From the NCBI GenBank assembly GCA_964639295.1, contig CAZXDT010000001.1, positions 181,068 through 245,067 on the forward strand: a stretch of 64,000 nucleotides of DNA. The letters run 5' to 3'. The translations under genes and the position numbers were made by a program. The notes under the pieces are model-generated. The model was not told where the DNA came from. It did no database searches and saw nothing but the letters and a program-made list of their open reading frames with translations. Source of the stretch: an uncultured Candidatus Saccharibacteria bacterium. Lineage in GTDB: Bacteria > Patescibacteriota > Saccharimonadia > Saccharimonadales > JALRHH01. Positions 55,174-64,000 of this stretch are shown one piece after another (position 1 is the stretch's first letter; each line of letters starts with the position of its first letter).

Positions 55174-58100
55174 CTATCTAACTTGGATTCGGATGCTCGT
55201 GAAGTTCGGTGCAACTTGTCCATCACCATCCTTACACATAACTCGTACAAGTGATTCTTTCTTGCCTTCTTTGGCTACTGGTGACCACTGACCCTTAAGC
55301 GCTCCCGTACCGTTAAGATGGATAACGCCCTTATCATCTGCACTACTAAGGTCATGCCAATCGGGGTTGCCACTATCAGTATTCGTTGCGTACTGCATCC
55401 GACAAGTAGCGTTTGCGGCACCTGGTGCTGTAAGGTTGGCTAGAATACGGTAGTAATTTGCATTACGCAACTCCATCCATGTACGGTTCTGTGCTGGGAA
55501 CTCAGCATCAGATGATGGCTGTATCCATGGGCCAGGAGTAGACATGAGCCCATACTCACTAAAGGCAGTCTGTACACAGTCTTGCCACTCACCACCTTGG
55601 TAGCAGCGGAACTTATCAGCGTCACTATTGTAATACTGCGCACCATTCGTACCGCCTTCTGGGTCGCCAGAAGTAGCCTTAGTATCAACCATGAACAGCA
55701 CCGTCTTACCATTATTGCCAGAGCCGATTCTGACACGGCCAGTCAATGTGTCGACATTAAGTACATTGTCACCATTAGCCGCTTTTATAGCCAACGCCTG
55801 TGGACTATCAAGCTGGAGCTGCAAGGCGCCGTTATTGAATACAGTGAACACACCGTTTCCATCCTTCGTGAGGCTCAGTAGGTTGTCACTAGCGTTGGCG
55901 TTTAAGGTTATGCTCTGCGCAGTAACACTTGTAACACCACTGAGCGAACCAACACTAGTAATACCACCGTTATTGTTATTAAGACCACCGACAATTGACG
56001 CACCACCGCTTGTAAGATTCAATCCATTGATATTCTGTAAGGCACCGGTTTGAGTTAGCCGCAACTCACCACCAGTACTTACTGTGTTGAGTGTGGCGTT
56101 CTTTTGACTATCAATTGACTTGGATAACTCACCTGTCGCCTTAAAGCTGTACATTGCCAAAGCATCATACTTCACGTGGTAGTAGCCATAATCATCCTGA
56201 TATGTAAGCTCTGGGAACACTGTTGCGAGTTGTTGTGCAAGGACACCAGTCTGGTGAGTTGAGTCACAAGAAGTGTGTGAAGTCTCAAAGTAGGCATCGT
56301 TACAGTTGAAGTCAAAGCTCACAACATTAACATCCTTGATCTTATCTAATACATTTCCATCAAGTGATAACACATTTGTCTTAAGTCGTTGGTCAGACAA
56401 ACCAACACCAGAACAAGCACTGTGACCAGTTATGATACCACCACTCACAACTGCCGAGTTTATATATGTGTTATTGCCACAAGTAAACGTCTGCCCAGCT
56501 ACACCACTCTTTGAGAAGCCCGTTGTAGAATCAATCAGTCCACTTGCGTTTATAGTAGTCACTCCACTTACTGCACCAGCAGTTGATACATCGAAACCGG
56601 ATGAGGCAATGCTAAATGCATTTGTACCTGCGCCGAGTGTTATAGCACCCGTACCAGCGACCGAGAACGCACCACTCGTTTGACTGAAGCCAGTAATACC
56701 ACTGAGTGAACCGGCATTTATAATAAGTCCGTTTATAGTATTTGTTGCGGTAGCGCCCGTGATCGCACCAGACAATGACAATGTTGTAACGCCACTTAAT
56801 GCACCAGCAGATGAAACATCAAACGCAGTTGAGTCGATAGTCAGTGAATTACTACCACCGCCAAATGTGATGGCACCGGTACCGGTTATTGAATGCGTAC
56901 CACTCGTCTGAGAGAAGCCAGTAATACCACTGAGTGAACCGGCATTTATAATAAGTCCGTTTATAGTATTAGTGGTTGTGGCAGCAGTTATTGCACCCAA
57001 GCCTGATACTTGGAAGTTGCCTGTTGTTCCACCTACGCTCAATAGTGCACCAGGGGCACTCGTCACGCCAATTCCAACGTTACCACCAGATGCCACGGTG
57101 AATCGCTGCGTAAACGCCACACCCGCATCAAAACTATAGAAGCTAAAGCTATCGTTCTGAATCTGGAATGATGAACCTGCTCGTGCAAGACCATTATCAA
57201 CCCAACCCGTACCATTGAATGACTTGTTTGTACCAAGCAATGTGTATGTGCTGCCGGCAAGGTCAGCGCTCTGGAACACGCCAAGAGGCGTAGTTGATGT
57301 ACCCGTGAAGTAACCCTGACCGTTCGTACCACTTGTGCCTGGAACGTAAGTACGGTGTGAGGTGGATGTATCACCTGTGATATTAACACCTGCGCCAAGT
57401 GTAGTCAGGCCACCACTTACTGACAGTGTGTTTGTCCCCGTTATTGTAGTAGCACCGTTCAAGCTAATAGCTCCTGTGCCCGTACCAAAGGTGCCAGCAC
57501 CTGCAATTGTGAAGTTACCACTCGTCTGACTAAATCCTGTTATACCACTTAGTGAACCGCTGCTTATATTAAGACCGTTAATTGTTCCAGTAGTATTGGC
57601 TGTGATTGTGCTGCTGGCATTTATAGTTGTAATACCGCTTAATGCACCAGCAGAACTAACATCAAAGTTGGTGGAATCAATTGTCAATGCATTACTACCA
57701 CCACCGATAGTTACGTTACTCGTTCCTGTTACAGAGAATGCACCGCTCGTTTGCCCATATCCAGTGATACCGCTCAATGAACCACTGTTTATACTAAGGC
57801 CATTTATGGTACCTGTTGTATTAGCAGTAATCGTGCTACTAGCATTAATTGTGGTAATGCCACTCAATGCGCCAGCGGATGAAACATCAAAGTTTGTCGA
57901 GTCGATAGTTAATGCGTTACTACCGCCACCCAAAGTGATGTTACCAGTACCAGTAACCGAGAATGCACCACTCGTTTGGCTGAACCCAGTAACGCCACTC
58001 AAAGACCCGCTATTGATATTAAGACCGTTGATCGTTCCCGTAGTGTTTGCGGTAATGGTACCTGAGGCAGTAATGCTGGTGATACCACTCAGTGCACCAG

Positions 58101-60792
58101 CGTTTGTAATACCACCATTGTGATTATCAATGCCGCCCGTGATGCTTGCACCACCGCTACTCACTACTAATCCGCCACCAGCCGTAATTGTCTGACTTGC
58201 AGCAGTTGCAAGGTTGCCCAGTATATTGACCGTGGTGCCGCTTGAACCGATGTTCAGCGTCGTTGCTGCACCCGCAAAGTTAAGCGTAGTCACGCTTGTA
58301 TTGAGCAAATCAAAGCTTGTGAGGTTCGTTGTGATGCTGTCTTCGTTGTAATACGTAGTACCATTACCGGTAGCAACACCAGCTATAAAGTAACCGCGAC
58401 CAAAGCGGTTTGTCAGTGTTGAGCCAGTATCCGTACCACCAATTTCTGGAATATAGTACTCGGTGACTGTTGCGCCATTTGACCATGTCAAGTTTGGTGT
58501 AATAGACAAGGCCGATGCTGTTTTGGACGTAATCTTGGCATAGGTACCGTTTACTAATACATAGTTACCAACATCAAAATTTGCTGTATTCCCAGAACCA
58601 ACCTGGATGGTTCCAGGTGATAGACCACTACCCGCAGTTGCTGGTGTCGAGCCATCCAACACTCTGAAGGTCGTAGTCAGACTACCATTAGCATCAATTT
58701 TGAGTGCATCATTTGTTCCGACATTTAAGGTGCCGCTGACATCAATGTTACCTGTCAGGTTAACATTATCGAGAAGTTCAATAGTGCTCCCTGCGTCTAA
58801 ACGAATCTGACCCGTACCTGTTAGTTCGATGTTTTTGCTAGTGCCTGTTGTTGTGATTTGAAGCGTGTTATTGTTGGTTACAAGTGGGGTTGTAACAGAT
58901 GTCGCAAAGCTTACTGCAGCATTCGTATCAAGTGCGTTACAGGTACCACCGCTACCAAGCGTAATGGTATTCCCGGTGCCGCTGAGATTACCTGTTCCAC
59001 TTGGGCAAATTATCGTTGTATCACCTCGAACTGCTGAAGTGCTCGTTGAGCCATAACTGACTGCTAGGCCTATACTGCCCGCACCATTAGTAATCGCAAT
59101 ACCACCGTTGTTGGTGAGGCCCGCAAGCGTGAATCCCGACCCATTGCCGATGAGGAGCTGACCATTCGCCGCCGTAGAACCATTCACGCCAGTACCACCT
59201 CGTGCCACACCAAGTGTGCCAGTGGTCAAAACTGCAGTATCAAGCGCCGTGGTACCCGCAGCTGTCAGGCGTCCCTGCGCATCCACTGTAAAGGTCGGCA
59301 CTGTTGTTGTTGAACCATAACTGCCCAGAGTAACACTGGTGTTCGCTAAGTTCAGTGTTTGCGTGCCACCTGCACCGAGCGTGAAGGCACCGCCACCAGA
59401 TAATCCCGTACCAGCCGCTACCGTGATCTGCGTATTACCTTGTACAGCAGTATTAGCAGCTGTACCGTACAGTACCTGCAATGCACCGCTGGAAATGCCC
59501 AACCCATTACCAGTTAGATCGGTAAACGCATCACTGTTAATTGTCAGCGCCTGGCTCGCACCAAATGTAACACCACCATTGGCTGTAATGAGCCCTGCAG
59601 CCGTGAGCGATCCGGTAAAGTTCGCTGTAGAACTGATTGTCTGTCCATTTATCAGTCCCGATGTGATTGTGCCAGAGGTGCTTAGATTGCCACTAGCATC
59701 AATCTGTAGCGCATCCCCGGTACCTACCGTGAACAATGCTGCTGGTGTTGTGTCGCCTATACCCACATTACCGTTCGTCAATATCGTAAACTTTTCAGTG
59801 TTATTGGTGATGAATCTGAGGTTGTAATTGTCGGTCGTCCCAAGCACACCATCAGCGGCAAAAGCATTGCCACCATTGATGTACGCAGCACCAAGGCCAC
59901 CCGCCATAACGAACCCACAGGATACTGACCCAGCCAAACAAACCGTACCTGAAGCATCTGGCAAAGTATACGTACGGTTGCTACCAAGTGCAACCGTGCT
60001 GAGCGTGCCTGTATTTGAACTACCGTCAGATAGTGACAAACTGCCTGCTACGCTGGATGTACCAAATGTACCCAGCCCGCCTAGTACACTCAGGTTACCT
60101 GCCCCAGAAATGTCGCCAGCCTTACTGACCGTGAACACATCCAGCCCATTGCCCTGGAGTTGGATGAGACCACCAGCACCTGTTTGGTTAAATCGTAGAC
60201 CGCTGTCAGTACTGTTTACGGATTGTACACTGCCTGGTGCTTTCTGCAGGATATCATCACCGAGCAATGAGCCACCGGTAATGGCGATCTTATCAGCCAA
60301 TCCAGCACGGAATGCAAATGGCACCCCCGTTAACTTAATACGCGGCGTCATTTCACCATCACTGTTTACGTTCATGGTCAGCCATTTCTCCTGCGACCAG
60401 TCTATTGTGCCTGAGAATGGTGTGACGCTACCGAGGTTAGCGCTGAGATAGCCATTTTTCAGCACCACTGTTTGGGTCTCTGTCCATTCGTTAGTACCAC
60501 CAGTGACAGCATCGTACAGCTTGAACTGAACACTGTAGCTTCCGTCTGCTACAAGTGAGCCACTAGCATTCTGCAAGCGAGCGTTAAAGTTGAGCGTACT
60601 GGAAGTAGCAGCGTGCACGCGTGCACCCTCGCCCCCGCGCGTATATGTATATACCGTACTTAACAGGGGTGAAAGGACCAAAACAAAAACAACCCCTATA
60701 ACCCATCTCTTGATGGATACAGAGGTTAGTCGCTTGCGTATTCCGGTATACGCCAAACGTGGCTTCTTAGGGCCAAAAATCAAGTCAGTCAC
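55174..60792 (-). CDS. Giant (1872 aa) membrane-anchored, Gly/Thr/Ser/Asn-rich repeat fibre protein with internal S74 intramolecular-chaperone domain
   Basis: N-terminal anchor [21 protein letters not shown]. Long low-complexity beta-helix-like region with 75/76-aa tandem repeats. S74-like domain at residues 1466-1558. 314-aa Cys-containing C-terminal domain. GTG start is uncertain. Confidence 0.8.
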   Translation of the reverse strand: MTDLIFGPKKPRLAYTGIRKRLTSVSIKRWVIGVVFVLVLSPLLSTVYTYTRGGEGARVHAATSSTLNFNARLQNASGSLVADGSYSVQFKLYDAVTGGTNEWTETQTVVLKNGYLSANLGSVTPFSGTIDWSQEKWLTMNVNSDGEMTPRIKLTGVPFAFRAGLADKIAITGGSLLGDDILQKAPGSVQSVNSTDSGLRFNQTGAGGLIQLQGNGLDVFTVSKAGDISGAGNLSVLGGLGTFGTSSVAGSLSLSDGSSNTGTLSTVALGSNRTYTLPDASGTVCLAGSVSCGFVMAGGLGAAYINGGNAFAADGVLGTTDNYNLRFITNNTEKFTILTNGNVGIGDTTPAALFTVGTGDALQIDASGNLSTSGTITSGLINGQTISSTANFTGSLTAAGLITANGGVTFGASQALTINSDAFTDLTGNGLGISSGALQVLYGTAANTAVQGNTQITVAAGTGLSGGGAFTLGAGGTQTLNLANTSVTLGSYGSTTTVPTFTVDAQGRLTAAGTTALDTAVLTTGTLGVARGGTGVNGSTAANGQLLIGNGSGFTLAGLTNNGGIAITNGAGSIGLAVSYGSTSTSAVRGDTTIICPSGTGNLSGTGNTITLGSGGTCNALDTNAAVSFATSVTTPLVTNNNTLQITTTGTSKNIELTGTGQIRLDAGSTIELLDNVNLTGNIDVSGTLNVGTNDALKIDANGSLTTTFRVLDGSTPATAGSGLSPGTIQVGSGNTANFDVGNYVLVNGTYAKITSKTASALSITPNLTWSNGATVTEYYIPEIGGTDTGSTLTNRFGRGYFIAGVATGNGTTYYNEDSITTNLTSFDLLNTSVTTLNFAGAATTLNIGSSGTTVNILGNLATAASQTITAGGGLVVSSGGASITGGIDNHNGGITNAGALSGITSITASGTITANTTGTINGLNINSGSLSGVTGFSQTSGAFSVTGTGNITLGGGSNALTIDSTNFDVSSAGALSGITTINASSTITANTTGTINGLSINSGSLSGITGYGQTSGAFSVTGTSNVTIGGGSNALTIDSTNFDVSSAGALSGITTINASSTITANTTGTINGLNISSGSLSGITGFSQTSGNFTIAGAGTFGTGTGAISLNGATTITGTNTLSVSGGLTTLGAGVNITGDTSTSHRTYVPGTSGTNGQGYFTGTSTTPLGVFQSADLAGSTYTLLGTNKSFNGTGWVDNGLARAGSSFQIQNDSFSFYSFDAGVAFTQRFTVASGGNVGIGVTSAPGALLSVGGTTGNFQVSGLGAITAATTTNTINGLIINAGSLSGITGFSQTSGTHSITGTGAITFGGGSNSLTIDSTAFDVSSAGALSGVTTLSLSGAITGATATNTINGLIINAGSLSGITGFSQTSGAFSVAGTGAITLGAGTNAFSIASSGFDVSTAGAVSGVTTINASGLIDSTTGFSKSGVAGQTFTCGNNTYINSAVVSGGIITGHSACSGVGLSDQRLKTNVLSLDGNVLDKIKDVNVVSFDFNCNDAYFETSHTSCDSTHQTGVLAQQLATVFPELTYQDDYGYYHVKYDALAMYSFKATGELSKSIDSQKNATLNTVSTGGELRLTQTGALQNINGLNLTSGGASIVGGLNNNNGGITSVGSLSGVTSVTAQSITLNANASDNLLSLTKDGNGVFTVFNNGALQLQLDSPQALAIKAANGDNVLNVDTLTGRVRIGSGNNGKTVLFMVDTKATSGDPEGGTNGAQYYNSDADKFRCYQGGEWQDCVQTAFSEYGLMSTPGPWIQPSSDAEFPAQNRTWMELRNANYYRILANLTAPGAANATCRMQYATNTDSGNPDWHDLSSADDKGVIHLNGTGALKGQWSPVAKEGKKESLVRVMCKDGDGQVAPNFTSIRIQVR
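56119..56397 (-). other. Peptidase S74 / intramolecular chaperone autoprocessing domain (phage tail-fibre/endosialidase type) inside the giant ORF
   Basis: [30 protein letters not shown]...[41 protein letters not shown] matches the recalled family pattern SD.RLK.NI...GvIAQEl..v.PElV...dG...V.Y..L. Ser1466 codon at 56395..56397. Confidence 0.7.
56581..57003 (-). repeat. In-frame tandem repeat block B (about 76-aa / 228-nt unit, 2 copies)
   Basis: A 57-nt stretch gaagccagtaataccactgagtgaaccggcatttataataagtccgtttatagtatt is identical at 56686 and 56914. Protein units [24 protein letters not shown]...FDVS(S/T)AGA(L/V)SGVTT. Confidence 0.8.
57455..58103 (-). repeat. In-frame tandem repeat block A (75-aa / 225-nt unit, about 3 copies)
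   Basis: Units [27 protein letters not shown](N/S)I(N/S)SGSLSG(I/V)TG(F/Y)(S/G)[12 protein letters not shown](I/V)T(L/I)[18 protein letters not shown]. 225-nt DNA period (for example 57661 versus 57886), with many synonymous differences. Confidence 0.8.
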
Positions 60793-61136
60793 CTTGGTTT
60801 TTGTTTCGCTTTTTTACTGTTTTATTTTTGTTTTGATCTGGAGTTTTTGTTTTTTCTAGATCTGAATACAGTGTACCCCTGTTACAACAGATGTGTAAAC
60901 CCTAATGTTTTACATTCCTGTGCATAACTTTACAAACTGTTGCAATATGTCCTAGTAGGACTAAACGGCTAGCCGCATAATGCTAGTGCTTATAATCAGA
61001 CCCCTGTTGTGACTAAGAAGCCATAACAGTTAGTGCCGTAGACACTTAGCCAGGCCAAAGGTCTGGCGAGGTTTGATTTCCAATAGCCAAAGGCTGTTGA
61101 TATTCCATTAGGAATTGTACGACGTTCAGTTCTTGA

Positions 61137-61913
61137 CTACTTCAGGCCAGTAATGTATGAAGCCCAGTCATGGTCATCTATTTCTTTAGTCGACTGGATA
61201 AATATCAGCAAGCCATTCTTACTGAATATCACAGTCTGAGGCCCTTTAGCAGAGGTACCAAGGTATGCTGTAGGATTTGCGGTGCTTAAAACTTTGTTTG
61301 CGCTGAAATCTTCAGCCAACTTCTTAACCTTGTTGTCCGTGTCTTCCTGAAAGCCACCTGGAAGCTGCTGTTGACTGATGGTAATAGTCACTCCACCGAT
61401 AGAATCCGTATAACTAACAACTTTCTTCTGTGAATCATACCGCTGATCGGTAGTATTTTTAGTTTTTTCATCCGGTTCCAGCGTATCAAAAGAGGCTTTT
61501 TGGTCACTTGCGCTCAAAACACCCTTGGCTTCATTAGTCCCCTGTCCTTTATTTGAACGAACATTCAATGCAACACCACCTATAACGAGAAGTCCTATCA
61601 GTGCTGCACTGCCGACACCTAACTTCTTGTACGTCAGACTCTTAGGAAGTTTTGCTCGAAGCTGCTTGAATCGTAATTTCTTGAACTTAGGTACAGATAT
61701 GTGAATAGACACGGAATGCGCGTCAGTTGGCTGATCTGGTTGGGGAACTGATGGGGGTGTCTGTCCCACACGCCTCACAACAGGTTGTGAGGCCTCCTGG
61801 ACTGCCTTTTCCCGCATCCGTGCACGCAAACCGGCCGGAACAGGATCATCGGCCAACCACTCCGCCCACTCATCATCCTTCTTAGACTTAAACCGTCCTA
61901 AATCTAATCCCAT
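61137..61913 (-). CDS. Single-pass membrane protein, possible DUF4367-like extracytoplasmic domain
   Basis: 258 aa. TM LGVGSAALIGLLVIGGVAL. The C-terminus (VIFSKNGLLIFIQSTKEIDDHDWASYITGL) is reminiscent of DUF4367; this is tentative. Confidence 0.45.
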   Translation of the reverse strand: MGLDLGRFKSKKDDEWAEWLADDPVPAGLRARMREKAVQEASQPVVRRVGQTPPSVPQPDQPTDAHSVSIHISVPKFKKLRFKQLRAKLPKSLTYKKLGVGSAALIGLLVIGGVALNVRSNKGQGTNEAKGVLSASDQKASFDTLEPDEKTKNTTDQRYDSQKKVVSYTDSIGGVTITISQQQLPGGFQEDTDNKVKKLAEDFSANKVLSTANPTAYLGTSAKGPQTVIFSKNGLLIFIQSTKEIDDHDWASYITGLK

Positions 61914-62016
61914 AATTACCCCTATTGTACCAGATAATAGAAAGCGGATTAGATACCCAGAAATTGGATGGCCTAAGTTGCCCGTATCGAAGATTAGGCG
62001 TACTTATAATTAGTGA

Positions 62017-64000
62017 CTAAGGATTTGGGCAGACCTGTTGAACGTCAAGTGGGTTGCTACGGCCACATTGGGTATCGAGTGGCTGTTGAGTACCTTCTGT
62101 AAATGTCTTACCGTGAATGAGGCGTTTGCCCGGGTTACTTTGATAGAATAAGCTGAAGTCAGTCAGCGTCGGACCACGTTGGACATCTTCCGGATATCCA
62201 AATGTTTGTGAAGCATCTATATAAATACTCAAGTAGAAGTACCGGCCACAAGATATATTAGTCCCACCACTGTTCTTTACCGTATAGGCGCCGGGCTGTC
62301 CGAGTGTCACATCACCAAAATTTGTTGTCTGTCCGTAGTTGCTCATTGCAGAACTGCCACATGCCTTATTTGGATCCGTAACTGTCGGATCATTCATACT
62401 ACGATAACTGAACTGCCAGCGAGCACCGATAGAATTATCTATACCGTTCATGAGCCAGACGGTTGGAAACACGTCTTTTTCGGTATCTATCATACGTGAA
62501 TATTTAGCAACCTGTGGCTGCGATTTCACCACCCCGTAGCTATGACGTGCTACTGCTATAGAGTACGTCTGACCAGCCGTAACCGTCTTTGAAACACTCA
62601 CGACAAGGTGTGTTGCGTCAGTAACGCCAATGATTGTGGCCGTTGAAGCATCTTGGTAGGTTACTGTTCCACCAATGTAATTGTCGGTCCAGGTAGTACC
62701 TGTACCTGTCACAGTGGTCGTTGACTGACCGATTGTACCGGTACTATACGTTCCTGCCTGAGGCGAAGTACAGCCACCACCCAGTACATAGAACTTGCCT
62801 GTCGTATAAGCTAAGGCAGCACCGTATCGTCCGCCAGCATACCGAACATTAGTCTCGTACCACTCCCCCACGCCTGTTGGATTGTTGCCGGTGGCGATCG
62901 TGGTGTTGGCGCTAATCGGCGCGATGAGTGTCTTCGGTGAACAAGTGCTTGTACCAGAACGTCCACCAATAATGTACATGTATCCATTGGCAGCATATGC
63001 CTCACCCTGACTGAGGGGCTGTGGCATGCTTGTCGTAAAAGTCCAGGCATCAATACTACCATCTGTATTTATCTGGGTGTATTGGACATCATTCAAGTAA
63101 TTAGTACCGTCGTTACCTCCTAATATGTAGAGGTTGTTAGCGTAGGCTGTCACCGCTAGTCCGAAGCGTGAAACCGTAAATGTGTTGCCACTTGAGCTCC
63201 AGTTAGAGGAAATATTACCTCCAGAATTCAGCTGTGGACTGATATAGACCGTGTTACTAACGGCTGCACCACCATCTAAACCGCCCACCACATAAATGCG
63301 ATTATTCCAGGTCGCGACACCAAATTTAGTGCGCGCTTGTGCGCCAGAGCCAGTATCACCTATACCTTTGGTTGCCTGCCCCCAGTTAGCGGTAACATCA
63401 CCAGAACCAGCAGGCTGCGCATAAAAGATAGTTGATTGTTCGTTCGTCGCAGTGCTGTCTTGACCACCAATATAATATAGATACCCCTGTATAGTCACCA
63501 GTTTGCCCCAGGCTCTCACTTGGCCACCACTCCCCGTATCACCCAGCGCCTTAGTGGTACTCGCCCATGTACCCAGGCTACCATTGGCAGCACTAATACT
63601 CGTATATTGCACATCAGAGCTGGCTGTCGTGCAATCAGTAGCACTCGTACAACCTCCGGCTACATAAATATATCCATTTACTATTGCCGAGCTTGCGCCC
63701 CACCGATCTGTTGCAGTGGAAAAGGTATCATCGCTCGTAGCAGTAATACTTTGGGTGGTGCCACTGTTATTGTTATACACTTGGAAGGTTTGTACTGAAT
63801 CAGTTTGCCCCCCTGCATCACACGTCGGCGCAGCACCACTAATACAACCACCTATCACATAGGCGTACGAGTTAGAAACTGCTACATTCAATCCCCAACG
63901 CTGGTTGATGTTCACCGATGATACTGTCCACGCACCGATGCTTCCATCACTAACGTTTATTTTTGCAAACTCGATGTCGGCCAACACGCCACCACCACCG
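62017..64000 (-). CDS. Kelch-repeat beta-propeller protein with additional C-terminal domain (partial; N-terminus beyond window end)
   Basis: The frame stays open to base 64000. Recurrent blade motifs YAYVIGG, YIYVAGG, YLYYIGGQD, RIYVVGGLDG, NLYILGGNDG, YMYIIGGRSG, KFYVLGGG. Confidence 0.7.
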   Translation of the reverse strand, partial: GGGGVLADIEFAKINVSDGSIGAWTVSSVNINQRWGLNVAVSNSYAYVIGGCISGAAPTCDAGGQTDSVQTFQVYNNNSGTTQSITATSDDTFSTATDRWGASSAIVNGYIYVAGGCTSATDCTTASSDVQYTSISAANGSLGTWASTTKALGDTGSGGQVRAWGKLVTIQGYLYYIGGQDSTATNEQSTIFYAQPAGSGDVTANWGQATKGIGDTGSGAQARTKFGVATWNNRIYVVGGLDGGAAVSNTVYISPQLNSGGNISSNWSSSGNTFTVSRFGLAVTAYANNLYILGGNDGTNYLNDVQYTQINTDGSIDAWTFTTSMPQPLSQGEAYAANGYMYIIGGRSGTSTCSPKTLIAPISANTTIATGNNPTGVGEWYETNVRYAGGRYGAALAYTTGKFYVLGGGCTSPQAGTYSTGTIGQSTTTVTGTGTTWTDNYIGGTVTYQDASTATIIGVTDATHLVVSVSKTVTAGQTYSIAVARHSYGVVKSQPQVAKYSRMIDTEKDVFPTVWLMNGIDNSIGARWQFSYRSMNDPTVTDPNKACGSSAMSNYGQTTNFGDVTLGQPGAYTVKNSGGTNISCGRYFYLSIYIDASQTFGYPEDVQRGPTLTDFSLFYQSNPGKRLIHGKTFTEGTQQPLDTQCGRSNPLDVQQVCPNP

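Noticed and set aside
56581-58103. Regular DNA repeats considered as a CRISPR array or a diversity-generating retroelement VR/TR pair.
   Set aside because: The repeats are contiguous, in-frame 225/228-nt coding units without spacers. No cas genes or reverse transcriptase are present, and the differences are not restricted to adenines.
61040-61105. Hairpins CCAGGCCAAAGGTCTGG and AGCCAAAGGCT considered as an SRP-RNA domain IV-like element.
   Set aside because: The conserved SRP helix 8 motifs (GGAA tetraloop context, AGCA/GNAR symmetric loops) are absent and the length is insufficient.

Overview
Compact, gene-dense bacterial chromosome segment, about 90% coding and mostly on the minus strand. 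By content it looks like a reduced monoderm-type genome, plausibly Candidate Phyla Radiation / Saccharibacteria-like; that placement is inference. Evidence: short intergenic gaps, TAATG stop/start overlaps, Firmicute-like hpf-secA-prfB-ftsEX-ctp synteny, LCP, CHAP and Wzy-like envelope genes, no outer-membrane genes, an INS-less ProRS, and pyrH and cdsA missing from the rpsB-tsf-frr-uppS-rseP operon. Both RF1 and RF2 are present and TGA is used as a stop, so the standard code 11 applies. The housekeeping backbone is recO(partial), xseAB, rpmA, pyrG, ctp-like peptidase, ftsEX plus a PcsB-like CHAP hydrolase, prfB, secA, hpf, serS, lysS, greA, proS, rseP, uppS, frr, tsf, rpsB, rpmE, prfA, prmC, htrA-like, LCP, lepB and parAB. 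I saw no rRNA, tRNA, CRISPR array, transposase or integrase by eye. Candidates worth a second look: (1) a heliorhodopsin-family 7-TM protein whose retinal-binding lysine is replaced by arginine, carrying a histone-H1-like Lys/Ala/Thr tail, at the end of an apparent redox operon (FMN reductase-DUF427-msrA); (2) a Fic-motif domain fused to a protein-kinase-like domain, inside a five-gene orphan island bounded by terminators; (3) a two-component pair in which both phospho-sites (His and Asp) read Glu and the kinase ATP-binding boxes are eroded; (4) a 1872-aa membrane-anchored repeat fibre with an internal, not C-terminal, phage-tail-fibre S74 autoprocessing domain, next to a Kelch-propeller protein; (5) a translationally coupled wHTH-Nudix plus SLOG/DNPH1-like N-glycosidase pair. 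At DNA level, several genes have consensus TTGACA-N17-TAnnAT promoters placed 6-9 nt from the start codon, suggesting leaderless mRNAs. Other genes share an AAAAACAAAAAC-type A-rich leader in place of a Shine-Dalgarno. All family assignments come from motif recognition by eye; no searches were run.
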